Origin: Candidatus Gottesmanbacteria bacterium
GTDB taxonomy: Bacteria > Patescibacteriota > Microgenomatia > UBA10105 > UBA927
NCBI GenBank assembly: GCA_023245335.1
Contig: JAHFKK010000001.1
Coordinates: 795,505-859,504, forward strand
DNA length: 64,000 bases
Direction of reading: 5' to 3'
A model generated the notes under the pieces. It had not been told where the DNA came from. It saw nothing but the letters and a program-made list of their open reading frames with translations, and ran no database searches. The translations under genes were made by a program, and so were the position numbers. Below, piece by piece: positions 9,280 through 19,513 of the stretch (positions are counted from its first letter, which is position 1; each line of letters begins with the position of its first letter).

Positions 9280-9966
9280 ATGCTGACCATACTTCACGGG
9301 GATAATATTGACGCGTCGCGTACAGAACTCCTTGCTATGATTGCGGCTGCCAAGGGCAAAGAGATCAGGGAACTCAATGGCCGCTCGCTTGACACGAATG
9401 AACTTACCCAAGCGCTCGAATCGTCATCATTGTTTGGCGGAAATACGCTTGTCGTCATAGAAAATCTATTCAGCAAACTCGGGCGTCAGGTCAAACGCAT
9501 AGAAGCCTTATCGTCGATACTCGGCGGTTCTTCAGCGTCAACCGACATCATAGTCTGGGAGGACAAAGAATTGGGAATTACCGCTTTGAAAAGCCTGGGA
9601 AAGGCGATCGTGCGGACATTCAAGCTTCCTGCTGTCATCTTTCAGCTCTTGGATGGACTGAGGCCGGATGCCGCGCGTCCAATGGTATTGCTTTTTCAGA
9701 AGGTAGTGGCTGTACAGCCCGCCGAGATCACGTACACGCTTCTTGTGCGCAGGGTACGCCAACTCATCCAGCTCCGGGACGGAGTAGCTCCGGAAGGTTT
9801 GGCGCCATGGCAGGCGTCTCGCTTGACAGGCCAGGCGCGATTATTTACGATGGATGAACTCGTCGTTATGCATACGAAACTTCTGGATATGGATATTGCA
9901 ATAAAAACAGGCACGTCCCCTTTCACCCTTGCCCAACGTATAGAACAATTTCTTATTTCCTTATAA
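9280..9966 (+). CDS. holA: DNA polymerase III delta subunit-like protein (short)
   Basis: N-terminal ILHGD, SLFG..LVVIEN, C-terminal LLDMDIAIKTG. Confidence 0.75.
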   Translation: MLTILHGDNIDASRTELLAMIAAAKGKEIRELNGRSLDTNELTQALESSSLFGGNTLVVIENLFSKLGRQVKRIEALSSILGGSSASTDIIVWEDKELGITALKSLGKAIVRTFKLPAVIFQLLDGLRPDAARPMVLLFQKVVAVQPAEITYTLLVRRVRQLIQLRDGVAPEGLAPWQASRLTGQARLFTMDELVVMHTKLLDMDIAIKTGTSPFTLAQRIEQFLISL

Positions 9967-9975
9967 AGGAGGCAT

Positions 9976-11394
9976 ATGGCACAATTCATTCCTGATCATG
10001 TTTTCCGTGGTTATGACCTGCGGGGTTTAGTCGGAAGCGAACTGAATGCGGAAACCGTAGGACTTCTTGGGAAGGGATATGCGACGTGGCTTTTGCAGCG
10101 AAAGATTTTTGACTGTGTCCTGGGCTACGACTGCCGCAATTCGAGTCCCGAGTTTCGGGATATCATGGCAAAGGAACTCACGGATGCCGGCATTACCGTG
10201 TATGACATCGGGATGACCCTGTCGCAGATAGCGTACTTCGCTTGCTATCTTTTCCGTACGCGGGGGATGATCATGATAACCGCCTCCCATAATCCCAAGG
10301 AATACAACGGATTTAAATTTGGTACCGGCTACTCGGAAACTATGCTGACGGAAGACATCATAGAATTACGGGATCTAGTTAAGTCAGGCAAATTTGTGAC
10401 CAGGACGCCCAAAGGTGTCGTTATTCAAAAGGATATCAAGCAGGACTACATTGACGACCTCAAGCGTCGTATAGACCCGATCAAACGCTTTAAGGTCGTT
10501 GTAGACTCCTGTGCGGCCACGACCGGGGTGTACCTGCCGGATATTTTGCGGTCAGTAGGGTGCGAGGTCATTGAGCAAAATACCACGCCGGATGGAAATT
10601 TCCCGGTCGGAACTCCCGATCCCACGGAGCACGAGGTGCAGCAAAGATTAGCGGACCGGGTTCTCAAGGAAAAAGCCGACCTGGGCTTCTCCTATGATGC
10701 AGATGGCGACCGTATCGGTATCGTCGACGGCACAGGCAGACTTATATGGAATGATGTTTTGGTTGCGCTATTTGCCAAGGACGTCATTGCTTCCTTACCC
10801 GGCTCGAAGATCGTGTATAACACGCTCTGCTCGAAGATAGTTGATGACGTGATTCGTGACGCCGGAGGAAAGGCTGTCATGTGGAAAACGGGCCATTCAT
10901 TCATCAAAGCCAAAGTCCATGAAGAGCGTGCGCCGTTTGGCGGCGAACTCTCCGGGCACATCTATTTCGTGGATAATTTTTACGGACATGACGACGGAGC
11001 GATCGCGAGTCTTCGGCTCCTGGGATATCTTACCCGTGTGGACAAGTCACTTGCCGAAGCGGTGGATGAATTACCCAAATACATATCGAGCCCGGAAATA
11101 AAAGTCGGCTGTCCGGACGACGTCAAATTCCAGATCGTCAGCGACAAAATCGGCGGCGAGATGAAAAAATTGTATCCTTCGGCCAAATATGTGGAGATAG
11201 ACGGAGTTCGGATGGATACCGAGAAGGAAATGCTTATCGTGCGTGCGAGCCAGAACGGCCCGTATCTCACCGTGAAGTTTGAAGGAAAGACGCAGGACGC
11301 CTACGACACGCTCAAAAAACAAGTGAGCGCAATCCTGCATACATTTACGGAAGTCGATTTTGCAAAAGGCGTCAATACAGACGCGTTGGTATAA
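9976..11394 (+). CDS. phosphomannomutase/phosphoglucomutase
   Basis: TASHNP, DADGDR, GGELSGH. Confidence 0.95.
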   Translation: MAQFIPDHVFRGYDLRGLVGSELNAETVGLLGKGYATWLLQRKIFDCVLGYDCRNSSPEFRDIMAKELTDAGITVYDIGMTLSQIAYFACYLFRTRGMIMITASHNPKEYNGFKFGTGYSETMLTEDIIELRDLVKSGKFVTRTPKGVVIQKDIKQDYIDDLKRRIDPIKRFKVVVDSCAATTGVYLPDILRSVGCEVIEQNTTPDGNFPVGTPDPTEHEVQQRLADRVLKEKADLGFSYDADGDRIGIVDGTGRLIWNDVLVALFAKDVIASLPGSKIVYNTLCSKIVDDVIRDAGGKAVMWKTGHSFIKAKVHEERAPFGGELSGHIYFVDNFYGHDDGAIASLRLLGYLTRVDKSLAEAVDELPKYISSPEIKVGCPDDVKFQIVSDKIGGEMKKLYPSAKYVEIDGVRMDTEKEMLIVRASQNGPYLTVKFEGKTQDAYDTLKKQVSAILHTFTEVDFAKGVNTDALV

Positions 11395-11403
11395 AGGAGG
11401 ATT

Positions 11404-12477
11404 ATGAATAATCTGGACGATACAGAGGCTATGAAGGTCATCGATCGCGTGAACGTGAGAGGTTCTATAGAACAACTCGGCGAACAGAGCAGGCAAGCAT
11501 GGGACGAAGTGCATGCGATGACATTCCCTGATGCATACAAGGCCGCAAAGTCCATCGTTTTTTCCGGCATGGGCGGCTCTGCTTTGGGCGCGTACGTCAA
11601 TAAGGCACTCTTTTGGGATACGCTGGCTATACCTTTTGAGATCGTCAACGATTATCATCTTCCTGCCTATACGAAGGGTGAGACACTGGTCATCCTCTCG
11701 ACGTATTCGGGTACGACCGAGGAAACACTTGCGTGCGGCGTCGAAGCCGTCGCCAAAAAGTCCATGGTCACCGGGGTTACGACCGGCGCGAAACTCGGGG
11801 AATTCATGAAGGCAAATGCCTTGCCGGCGTATATTTTTGTCCCGAAATTCAATCCTTCAAACCAGCCAAGACTCGGCAGTGGCTACTCCGTAGTAGGATT
11901 GAGCGCCATGCTCGACGTATTGGGCTATGTGCATGTCGATGCCAAAGACATAGAAGAAATTGTTGCCGTGCTTGCGAAAGGAAATAGCGTATACGGCGTG
12001 GACATTCCGGAAAAATCAAACAAAGCCAAACTCCTCGCGCGTGCCTGGGTACAAAAAATTCCGGTAATCGTAGCCGCACGCCATCTCATGCAGGTAGGAC
12101 GCGTTCTACGAAACCAGATACATGAATCGGCCAAGTCATTTGCGGCCTATCACGACGTGCCGGAACTCAATCATCATTTACTTGAGGGGCTGACCAATCC
12201 GGCGACGAATAAGGAAATGCTTCGGTTCCTGTTTCTCGACTCGGTACTTTACGAGGATAAGATCAAGAAACGCATGGATATTACGAAGGTCGTCATCGAA
12301 AAGCAGGGTATAGCGGTCGAGCGCTTTGCCGCAACAGCGCAAAGCCGGATCGCCCAGGCTATGGAGTGCATCCAATTCGGGGCGTACGTGAATTACTATA
12401 TGGCGATGCTTTCAGACCTGGATCCCAGTAAAATTCCTTGGGTCGACTACTTCAAAGCAGAGTTGGCAAAGTCATAA
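11404..12477 (+). CDS. bifunctional phosphoglucose/phosphomannose isomerase (SIS, archaeal-type)
   Basis: GMGGSA, STYSGTTEET, QPR, ESAK, PELNHH. Confidence 0.9.
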   Translation: MNNLDDTEAMKVIDRVNVRGSIEQLGEQSRQAWDEVHAMTFPDAYKAAKSIVFSGMGGSALGAYVNKALFWDTLAIPFEIVNDYHLPAYTKGETLVILSTYSGTTEETLACGVEAVAKKSMVTGVTTGAKLGEFMKANALPAYIFVPKFNPSNQPRLGSGYSVVGLSAMLDVLGYVHVDAKDIEEIVAVLAKGNSVYGVDIPEKSNKAKLLARAWVQKIPVIVAARHLMQVGRVLRNQIHESAKSFAAYHDVPELNHHLLEGLTNPATNKEMLRFLFLDSVLYEDKIKKRMDITKVVIEKQGIAVERFAATAQSRIAQAMECIQFGAYVNYYMAMLSDLDPSKIPWVDYFKAELAKS

Positions 12478-13109
12478 CAAAGGTCCGTCAATTCCTTTAC
12501 GGAGTGCACATATCGGTCTATTCCATGCGGAAGTTCGCCTTCTGCATGAAGGGTAAAGCAGCAGACGTGTGCTCCTGATGCTATGGCCGCATTTATTCCC
12601 GTCTGAGAATCCTCGATGATGAGCGTGTGTTCGGGTGTCACTTTGAGCGCGCGCATCGCGGCTATATACCCGTCAGGCGCGGGTTTTGGGCGTAATTCAG
12701 GGTGATCATCAACCGATTCAATAAATTGGAATGCGTTGCCGTTTGTTAACCTACCCACAACCGTCATAATCCACGGCTTACGGGAGGAGGACACAAGTCC
12801 TAATATGACATCTTTTTCATGAAGAGCTCTAATAAGTCCGTCAATACCTTCCGTAATGGGTCCTTCTTCGTATATACGTTTGGCAAGTACGTCGTAGCCT
12901 TTGTACATCTCACTTTTTGATCCTCTGTAGCCGAGACCCTTCGCCCATTCGTATATCATGCTCGCCGAAAGACCTCTGGTCTTTCCGCTAATTTGTGATG
13001 CGATGTCCGGCCCTAATATACGCCGCAAATAAGGAGGTTCCCGTTCATTCCAAAGCTGTTCGCTTCGTATGATGACCCCGTCCATATCAAATATGATTGC
13101 CGGACTCAT
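12447..13109 (-). CDS. HAD phosphatase (beta-PGM-like)
   Basis: FDMDGV, KPAPDGY, IEDSQTG. Confidence 0.9.
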   Translation of the reverse strand: MSPAIIFDMDGVIIRSEQLWNEREPPYLRRILGPDIASQISGKTRGLSASMIYEWAKGLGYRGSKSEMYKGYDVLAKRIYEEGPITEGIDGLIRALHEKDVILGLVSSSRKPWIMTVVGRLTNGNAFQFIESVDDHPELRPKPAPDGYIAAMRALKVTPEHTLIIEDSQTGINAAIASGAHVCCFTLHAEGELPHGIDRYVHSVKELTDLCYDFANSALK

Positions 13110-13161
13110 GTGAAGGATTATATCACTTGCGCTTTTCTTTAAAATTGCCGATACTAGTTTT

Positions 13162-15429
13162 ATGACCGAAAAATTTGTCGTGTGGTTTAAAGAAGTGGGA
13201 AAAGAAGATGTGGGTACCGTCGGCGGTAAAGGGGCAAATTTAGGAGAGATGACGCAGGCCGGGTTTCCGGTACCTCCCGGATTTATCCTGACCGCCCAGG
13301 CGTACTTTCATTTTTTAGATGAAGCAGGCATTCGCGATAAAATACGGGATCTTCTCCATGGATTAAACGTCAATGACAGCGCAAGCCTCGAAGAGGTAGC
13401 CAAAAAGGTCCGTACGGTCATCACCGGGTCTCTTTTCCCCAAGGACATCGCAAATGAAGTGATCCCCGCATACTTTAAACTGGAAAAGGGAGTACTCAAA
13501 CATCCATTGGTCGCCGTGCGGTCATCAGCAACTGCCGAGGATCTGCCCACGGCGTCTTTTGCCGGCCAACAGGCAACATATCTCAATGTTCAGGGGGAAG
13601 CGAACCTTCTCGAAAAAATTAAAGAAGCATGGGCGTCGCTTTTCACGGCACGTGCTATTTTTTATCGGGCGACGAATAAATTCGACCATTTTAAAGTCGG
13701 CATAGCAATCCCGGTTCAGCGTATGGTCGAATCTGATATGTCGGGCATTATGTTTACGCTTGATCCGGTGACGAACGATAAGTCAAAGGTCGTTATCGAG
13801 GCAATTTTGGGTCTTGGAGAAATGATCGTCCAGGGTGCGGTCACGCCGGATCATTATGAAGTCGATAAAAAATCCCACACTATTTTGACGAAAGTGGTCC
13901 ATGAACAGGAAAAGATTATGGAGCGCACGAGCACTAAGACCTATGTGACGCCGCTTCCTAAATCCAGGGGCGCCAAGCAAAAGCTTACTGATGAGCAGAT
14001 CCTCGCGCTTTCAGAGGTCGGGATGAAACTGGAAAAGCACTATTACTTTCCGCAGGACAGCGAATGGGCGATCGAAGACGGAAAGGTATATATCGTTCAG
14101 ACGCGTCCGGTCACCACAACAGGTACGAAACAGATGAAACAACAAGCAAATGCGAACCGTGTGGTGCTTCTCAAAGGTGATCCGGCTAGCCCCGGAGTCA
14201 AGAGCGGTCCGGTAACTATATTGGAAAGCCCGAAGGAGTTGGGGAAAATTCACGCCGGTGACGTCCTGGTCGCGCAGATGACGAATCCCGATTACGTACC
14301 AGCGATGAAAAAGGCAATTGCTATTGTGACAGAACGTGGGGGCAGAACCTCCCATGCCGCGATAGTTTCCAGGGAGCTTGGAATACCTGCGGTCGTTGGT
14401 GCCGCAGGAGCAATGAAAACTTTGAAGGACGGCATGGTGATAACCGTAAACGGCTCTATGGGTGAGGTCTATAAAGGTGCAATAGCAGTTTCAAGTTCCG
14501 CGGTAGAGCCGGTGAAGCCCAGCGAACGACTGAAAACAGCGACGAAAGTCTATGTGAACCTCGCTCAGGCCGCCCGCGCCAAAGAGGTCGGGAAATTATA
14601 CGCGGACGGCGTAGGACTTCTGCGTGCCGAATTTATTATGGCTGATGTCGGCATCCACCCAAAAAAAATTATTGCCGACGGCAAGCAAAAAATGTTTATA
14701 GACCTCGTGAGTACCGAAATCGCAAAAATTGCATCGGCCTTTTCTCCGAGGCCGGTCGTGTACCGTACGACGGACTTTAAAACGAACGAGTACCGAAACC
14801 TGAAGGGTGGGTCTGCATATGAGCCCGAAGAGCCAAATCCCATGCTGGGCTTCCGGGGAGCCGCGCGGTATATCGCAAGTCCGGAAGTATTCGAAATGGA
14901 ACTCGAGGCCATAAAGACCGTACGCAATAAGATGGGCTACAAAAATCTCTCAATCATGATCCCGTTTGTACGGACACCCGAGGAACTACGGGGAGTCAAG
15001 AAGATGGTATCAGCGAGCGGACTTGCACGGTCAAATAACTTCAAATTGTGGATGATGGTAGAAATTCCTACCAATGTCATCCGCATAGAAGATTTTCTGG
15101 ATGAGGGTATTGACGGCGTTTCCATAGGATCCAATGATTTAACTATGCTCATGCTCGGAACCGATCGTGATAACAGTGAGGTCGCGCACGATTTTTCCGA
15201 GCTGGACGGCTCGGTCATGTGGGCTTTTGAGCGCGTCATAAAGGCCTGCGCCAAGCGGGGTGTCACGACATCCATGTGCGGACAGGCGCCGTCGGATTAT
15301 CCGGATTTGGTAGAAAAGCTCGTCTCCTGGGGCATAACGAGTGTTTCGGTCAACCCGGACGCTGTCGATCATGTTCGCGCGACCGTCGCAGATGCCGAAC
15401 ACCGTTTGGTGTCCAAAAAAGCGAAGTGA
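13162..15429 (+). CDS. ppsA: phosphoenolpyruvate synthase
   Basis: GGKGANLGEM, VRSSATAED, GGRTSHAAIV, SIGSNDL. Confidence 0.96.
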   Translation: MTEKFVVWFKEVGKEDVGTVGGKGANLGEMTQAGFPVPPGFILTAQAYFHFLDEAGIRDKIRDLLHGLNVNDSASLEEVAKKVRTVITGSLFPKDIANEVIPAYFKLEKGVLKHPLVAVRSSATAEDLPTASFAGQQATYLNVQGEANLLEKIKEAWASLFTARAIFYRATNKFDHFKVGIAIPVQRMVESDMSGIMFTLDPVTNDKSKVVIEAILGLGEMIVQGAVTPDHYEVDKKSHTILTKVVHEQEKIMERTSTKTYVTPLPKSRGAKQKLTDEQILALSEVGMKLEKHYYFPQDSEWAIEDGKVYIVQTRPVTTTGTKQMKQQANANRVVLLKGDPASPGVKSGPVTILESPKELGKIHAGDVLVAQMTNPDYVPAMKKAIAIVTERGGRTSHAAIVSRELGIPAVVGAAGAMKTLKDGMVITVNGSMGEVYKGAIAVSSSAVEPVKPSERLKTATKVYVNLAQAARAKEVGKLYADGVGLLRAEFIMADVGIHPKKIIADGKQKMFIDLVSTEIAKIASAFSPRPVVYRTTDFKTNEYRNLKGGSAYEPEEPNPMLGFRGAARYIASPEVFEMELEAIKTVRNKMGYKNLSIMIPFVRTPEELRGVKKMVSASGLARSNNFKLWMMVEIPTNVIRIEDFLDEGIDGVSIGSNDLTMLMLGTDRDNSEVAHDFSELDGSVMWAFERVIKACAKRGVTTSMCGQAPSDYPDLVEKLVSWGITSVSVNPDAVDHVRATVADAEHRLVSKKAK

Positions 15430-15441
15430 TTCTAAACTGCT

Positions 15442-16716
15442 ATGTCTGAAGTGAATACCTCCATATACGCGGTTAACGCTCGCGAGATTCTTGACTCCCG
15501 TGGGGATCCAACCGTGGAAACAACTGTTGTTTTGGCAAGCGGCTATCGCGGTACGGCCTCTGTGCCGGCTGGTACTTCGCTCGGGAAATATGAGGCGGTA
15601 GAACTACGGGATCACGACGAGAAACGGTATAACGGCATGGGCGTATTAAACGCCATGAAGAACGTAAACACGACGATTGCCTCCCGGGTGCGGGGCATGG
15701 ACGCTCTTCTGCAAAGCCAGATCGACAAGACGCTTTTGGATCTGGACGGCACGCCGGACAAGCACATATTAGGGTCAAACAGCATACTCAGCGTGTCGCT
15801 TGCTACAGCCGTCGCAGCCGCAAACGCGAAGAGACTTCCATTATACCGATACCTCAACGCCATGTTTCAGCAGTACCGGCCGACGCAGATGACGCGCATA
15901 CCGACTCCGACATTTAATATCATAAACGGCGGGAAGCACGGATCCGGGAATTTGGATTTTCAGGAATTTCACGTTATACCGGCCACAAATAAAAAATTTG
16001 CGGATGCGCTCCGAATCGGCGCAGAAATTTATAAAGCTGTCATGCGCATCCTGAAATACCGGAATGCAATTTTTTCCGTAGGCTACGAAGGCGGCTTCGC
16101 ACCGAATCTGTTTACCAATATAGATGCGATACAAATACTTTCCGAGGCCATCCACAATAGTCCCTACCGGTATGGAGTCGATGTATTTTTGGGGTTAGAT
16201 TTGGCCGCAAACAGCTTCAAGCGGGAACGGGGATACCAAATAAAGGATAGGCCGGGAGCCTTGAGTTCTGATGACTTCATCACCTACCTCAAAGAAGTGC
16301 ATAAAACGTATAAACTCCTGATCCTGGAAGACGCGTTGAGCGAAGACGACTGGGACCATTGGGTGCGTTTAACAGCTGACATGGGGAAGGAAGTCCTTAT
16401 CGTCGGGGATGATCTTCTCGCCACAAACCCCGAGCGCCTCAAACGCGCTATAAAGGAAAAAGCATGTTCCGCCATCCTGTGCAAACCGAACCAGATCGGT
16501 TCGCTCTCTGAGTTTTTACAGGTCGTCACGATTGCCAAATCAAACGACATCAAAACAATCGTCTCTCACCGGAGCGGTGAAACAAACGACGCCTTTGTCG
16601 CGGACCTTGCGGTCGCTACCCAATCGGATTATGTCAAATTCGGTGCTCCGGCTCGCGGGGAACGTGTCGCGAAATACAACCGGCTTCTGCAAATAGAGCA
16701 GGAACTTTTCCCGTAG
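15442..16716 (+). CDS. eno: enolase
   Basis: AREILDSRG.PTVE, VGDDL, KPNQIG, SHRSGET, ERVAKYNRLL. Confidence 0.95.
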   Translation: MSEVNTSIYAVNAREILDSRGDPTVETTVVLASGYRGTASVPAGTSLGKYEAVELRDHDEKRYNGMGVLNAMKNVNTTIASRVRGMDALLQSQIDKTLLDLDGTPDKHILGSNSILSVSLATAVAAANAKRLPLYRYLNAMFQQYRPTQMTRIPTPTFNIINGGKHGSGNLDFQEFHVIPATNKKFADALRIGAEIYKAVMRILKYRNAIFSVGYEGGFAPNLFTNIDAIQILSEAIHNSPYRYGVDVFLGLDLAANSFKRERGYQIKDRPGALSSDDFITYLKEVHKTYKLLILEDALSEDDWDHWVRLTADMGKEVLIVGDDLLATNPERLKRAIKEKACSAILCKPNQIGSLSEFLQVVTIAKSNDIKTIVSHRSGETNDAFVADLAVATQSDYVKFGAPARGERVAKYNRLLQIEQELFP

Positions 16717-16735
16717 GGATAGATCGCACAATTTT

Positions 16736-18376
16736 ATGAAACGACCAATCGTTCTATGCATCCTGGACGGCTGGGGACTGGCACCTCCCGGACCGGGCAA
16801 CGCCATATCGCTGTCTGACCTCAAAAACATACCGCAATACTGGTCTTCATTCCCGCACACGCAGCTTTCTGCCTCAGGGGCAAGTGTCGGCCTTCCTCCC
16901 GGAGAAGACGGTAATACGGAAACAGGACACATAAATATCGGTGCGGGGCGTGTCGTATATCAGGATCTCCCGCGGATTAATATGGCGATAAAAGACGGTT
17001 CTTTTTTTAAAAATGAAGCATTTAGCGGAGCGGTATCCTATGCCACCAAACACCAATCCCGCATCCATCTTGTCGGGCTCCTGTCCGATTCAGGGGTGCA
17101 TGCGAGTCGGGAGCATCTGTATGCCCTTTTACAGTTTATGAAGGATGAGCACTGTACGGCTCCCGTATATCTGCATTTATTTACCGATGGCCGCGATTCT
17201 TCGCCGAAAGCGGGATTACGATTTATCCGCGAAACTGAAGCGAAGCTGCAACAGCTCGGCATAGGAAAGATCGCGACTATTATGGGCAGGTATTATGGTA
17301 TGGACCGCGATCACCGTTGGGAACGCACCGAGCGGGCGTATCAGGCGCTCACGGAAATGATTCCCAACCAAGCGTCGTCCGCGGAAGCCGCTGTGGAGGC
17401 GTCCTACGCCCAAAATGTAACAGATGAATTCGTCCTTCCGGTCGTCATAACGGATAATGGTGTGCCGCTCCCTCGGATTTCGGCGCATGATGCCGTTATT
17501 TTTTATAACTATCGCATTGATCGTCCGCGCCAGCTCACCCGGGCATTCGTTATTTCAGATTTTGAAGCGCATCCGACAAGCGGCGCCTTTGACCCGTACG
17601 CCGTCAAATATCACCATAAGCATATCGTTGAAGAGGTCATACGGCCGCCGTTTACCCGTAGAGTAGTACTCCCTGATCTCTTTTTCGTGACCATGACGGA
17701 GTACGAGAGGAACCTTCCCTGTGTGGTTGCGTTCCCATTACAGCCCGTTCCGATGCCTCTGGGAAAAGTCTTTGCGGAAAGCGGCGTACGGCAGCTTAGG
17801 GTGGCGGAGACAGAAAAAGAACGGTTTATAGGGTACTATCTCAATGGGATGCGTGAAGATCCGTATACCGGCGAAGATCGGGTGATCGTCCCGTCTCCCA
17901 GAGTCGCGACATATGACTTGCAGCCCGAAATGTCCGCGTTTGAACTGACCAAACGGCTCTGCGACCGGCTAACGAGCGGCGTATACGGATTTATTGCCGT
18001 CAACTTCGCTAATCCCGATATGGTGGGCCACACCGGAAACATACCCGCCGCCATTCGTGCGTGCGAAATAGTAGACCAGTGCGTTGGAACGATCGTTTCG
18101 CTCACGCTGTCTCTTGGAGGAGCTTGCATGATTACCGGAGACCATGGTAACGTAGAAGAAATGCTTGGTCCGGACGGGGAAATGGATACCGAGCATTCAA
18201 CCTTCCCTGTCCCTTTTATCATGATAGAAGAAAATTTTCGAGGATATCCCACGTCGCTTCCGCTCGGCAATCTTGCGGATATAGCACCGACCATCTTAGG
18301 ACTTGCAGACATCACTTGCCCCTCTGAAATGACGGGTAAAAATTTATTAGCCGATCTTGAGATCGGAAGGAGGTAG
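16736..18376 (+). CDS. gpmI: 2,3-BPG-independent phosphoglycerate mutase
   Basis: LDGWG, GNTETGH, DGRD, MDRD, NPDMVGHTG, DHGN. Confidence 0.96.
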   Translation: MKRPIVLCILDGWGLAPPGPGNAISLSDLKNIPQYWSSFPHTQLSASGASVGLPPGEDGNTETGHINIGAGRVVYQDLPRINMAIKDGSFFKNEAFSGAVSYATKHQSRIHLVGLLSDSGVHASREHLYALLQFMKDEHCTAPVYLHLFTDGRDSSPKAGLRFIRETEAKLQQLGIGKIATIMGRYYGMDRDHRWERTERAYQALTEMIPNQASSAEAAVEASYAQNVTDEFVLPVVITDNGVPLPRISAHDAVIFYNYRIDRPRQLTRAFVISDFEAHPTSGAFDPYAVKYHHKHIVEEVIRPPFTRRVVLPDLFFVTMTEYERNLPCVVAFPLQPVPMPLGKVFAESGVRQLRVAETEKERFIGYYLNGMREDPYTGEDRVIVPSPRVATYDLQPEMSAFELTKRLCDRLTSGVYGFIAVNFANPDMVGHTGNIPAAIRACEIVDQCVGTIVSLTLSLGGACMITGDHGNVEEMLGPDGEMDTEHSTFPVPFIMIEENFRGYPTSLPLGNLADIAPTILGLADITCPSEMTGKNLLADLEIGRR

Positions 18377-18381
18377 GTTAT

Positions 18382-19500
18382 ATGAAAGTGACTATTTCTG
18401 TTATCAAAGCAGACACGGGGTCGGTAGGCGGGCACAATCGCCCGAGCGACGCCATGGTTGCCAAGGCCAAAGAGCGCGTCTCGGAAGCAATTTCGTCGGG
18501 ACTTCTCCTGGACGCCCGGGTATCGTATACCGGTGATGATATTGCGCTTCTCATGACGCACGCGAGAGGCACGGATAATTCGGATATACATAAGTTTGCC
18601 TGGGACACATTCGTCGAGACGACCAAAATAGCCAAAAGTCAGGGACTCTATGGTGCAGGCCAGGATCTTCTAAAGGACGCATTTTCCGGAAACGTACGTG
18701 GTATGGGTCCCGGATCCGCAGAAATGGAAATAGAAGAGCGGCCGGCAGAACCGTTTATTTTGTTCGCCGGAGACAAATGCGGACCTGGGGTCTTTAATTA
18801 TCCGCTTTTTTCGTGTTTTGCCGACCCGTATCATAACGCCGGACTGTTGCTCGCGCCGGAAATGAGAGATGGATTCACCTACCGCATCATGGATGTGAAT
18901 CATACGGAAGCTGATAAAGTCATTACGCTCAAGGTTCCGGTCGACTATTACGATATCGCGTGTCTGCTTCGTGATCCGAACAGGTACATCGTCGAGAGCG
19001 TCACGGAAAATGCCACGGGGCTTATAGCGGCTGTCGCATCGACGAGCCGCCTCCACAATATCGCCGGCAAATATGTCGGGAAAGACGACCCGGTAGCGTT
19101 GGTACGCACACAGAAGCAATTCCCGTCGACCGGAGAAATTCTTTCTCCCTGGGCGCTTGCACACTATGTCCTCGGGGATAATAGGGGATCACATCACGTT
19201 GCGGTGATGCCGGTCAAACAGAATACGATCATCTCCTACTTTGACGGACCGACGGTCATGTCAGCCGCAGGATATTGTGTTCATGAAGGGAAGCTCACGG
19301 AAGCCGTGGATTACTTTGACCAGCCGTTCTGGGACGTGATCCGGGAAAAGGCGGCCAATAAAACCATGGAGATGCGTGCACAGGGGTTCTTTAACCCGGC
19401 CATGGGTCCGCAGGATGAAATGGAATATACAGGCGTCATGGAAAACCTGAAGCGTCTCGATGCAAGATTCGTGAAAGAAGCAGGCAAAAAGGCAGTCTAA
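18382..19500 (+). CDS. fbp: bifunctional fructose-1,6-bisphosphate aldolase/phosphatase (FBPase class V)
   Basis: SVIKADTGSVGGH, LYGAGQDLLKDAFSGNVRGMGPG, YVGKDDPV. Confidence 0.95.
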   Translation: MKVTISVIKADTGSVGGHNRPSDAMVAKAKERVSEAISSGLLLDARVSYTGDDIALLMTHARGTDNSDIHKFAWDTFVETTKIAKSQGLYGAGQDLLKDAFSGNVRGMGPGSAEMEIEERPAEPFILFAGDKCGPGVFNYPLFSCFADPYHNAGLLLAPEMRDGFTYRIMDVNHTEADKVITLKVPVDYYDIACLLRDPNRYIVESVTENATGLIAAVASTSRLHNIAGKYVGKDDPVALVRTQKQFPSTGEILSPWALAHYVLGDNRGSHHVAVMPVKQNTIISYFDGPTVMSAAGYCVHEGKLTEAVDYFDQPFWDVIREKAANKTMEMRAQGFFNPAMGPQDEMEYTGVMENLKRLDARFVKEAGKKAV

Positions 19501-19513
19501 ACTGATTCAAGGT

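Noticed and set aside
17836-18591. 251-aa antisense ORF and other long antisense ORFs over conserved genes
   Set aside because: They lie opposite well-supported housekeeping genes and show no protein motifs.
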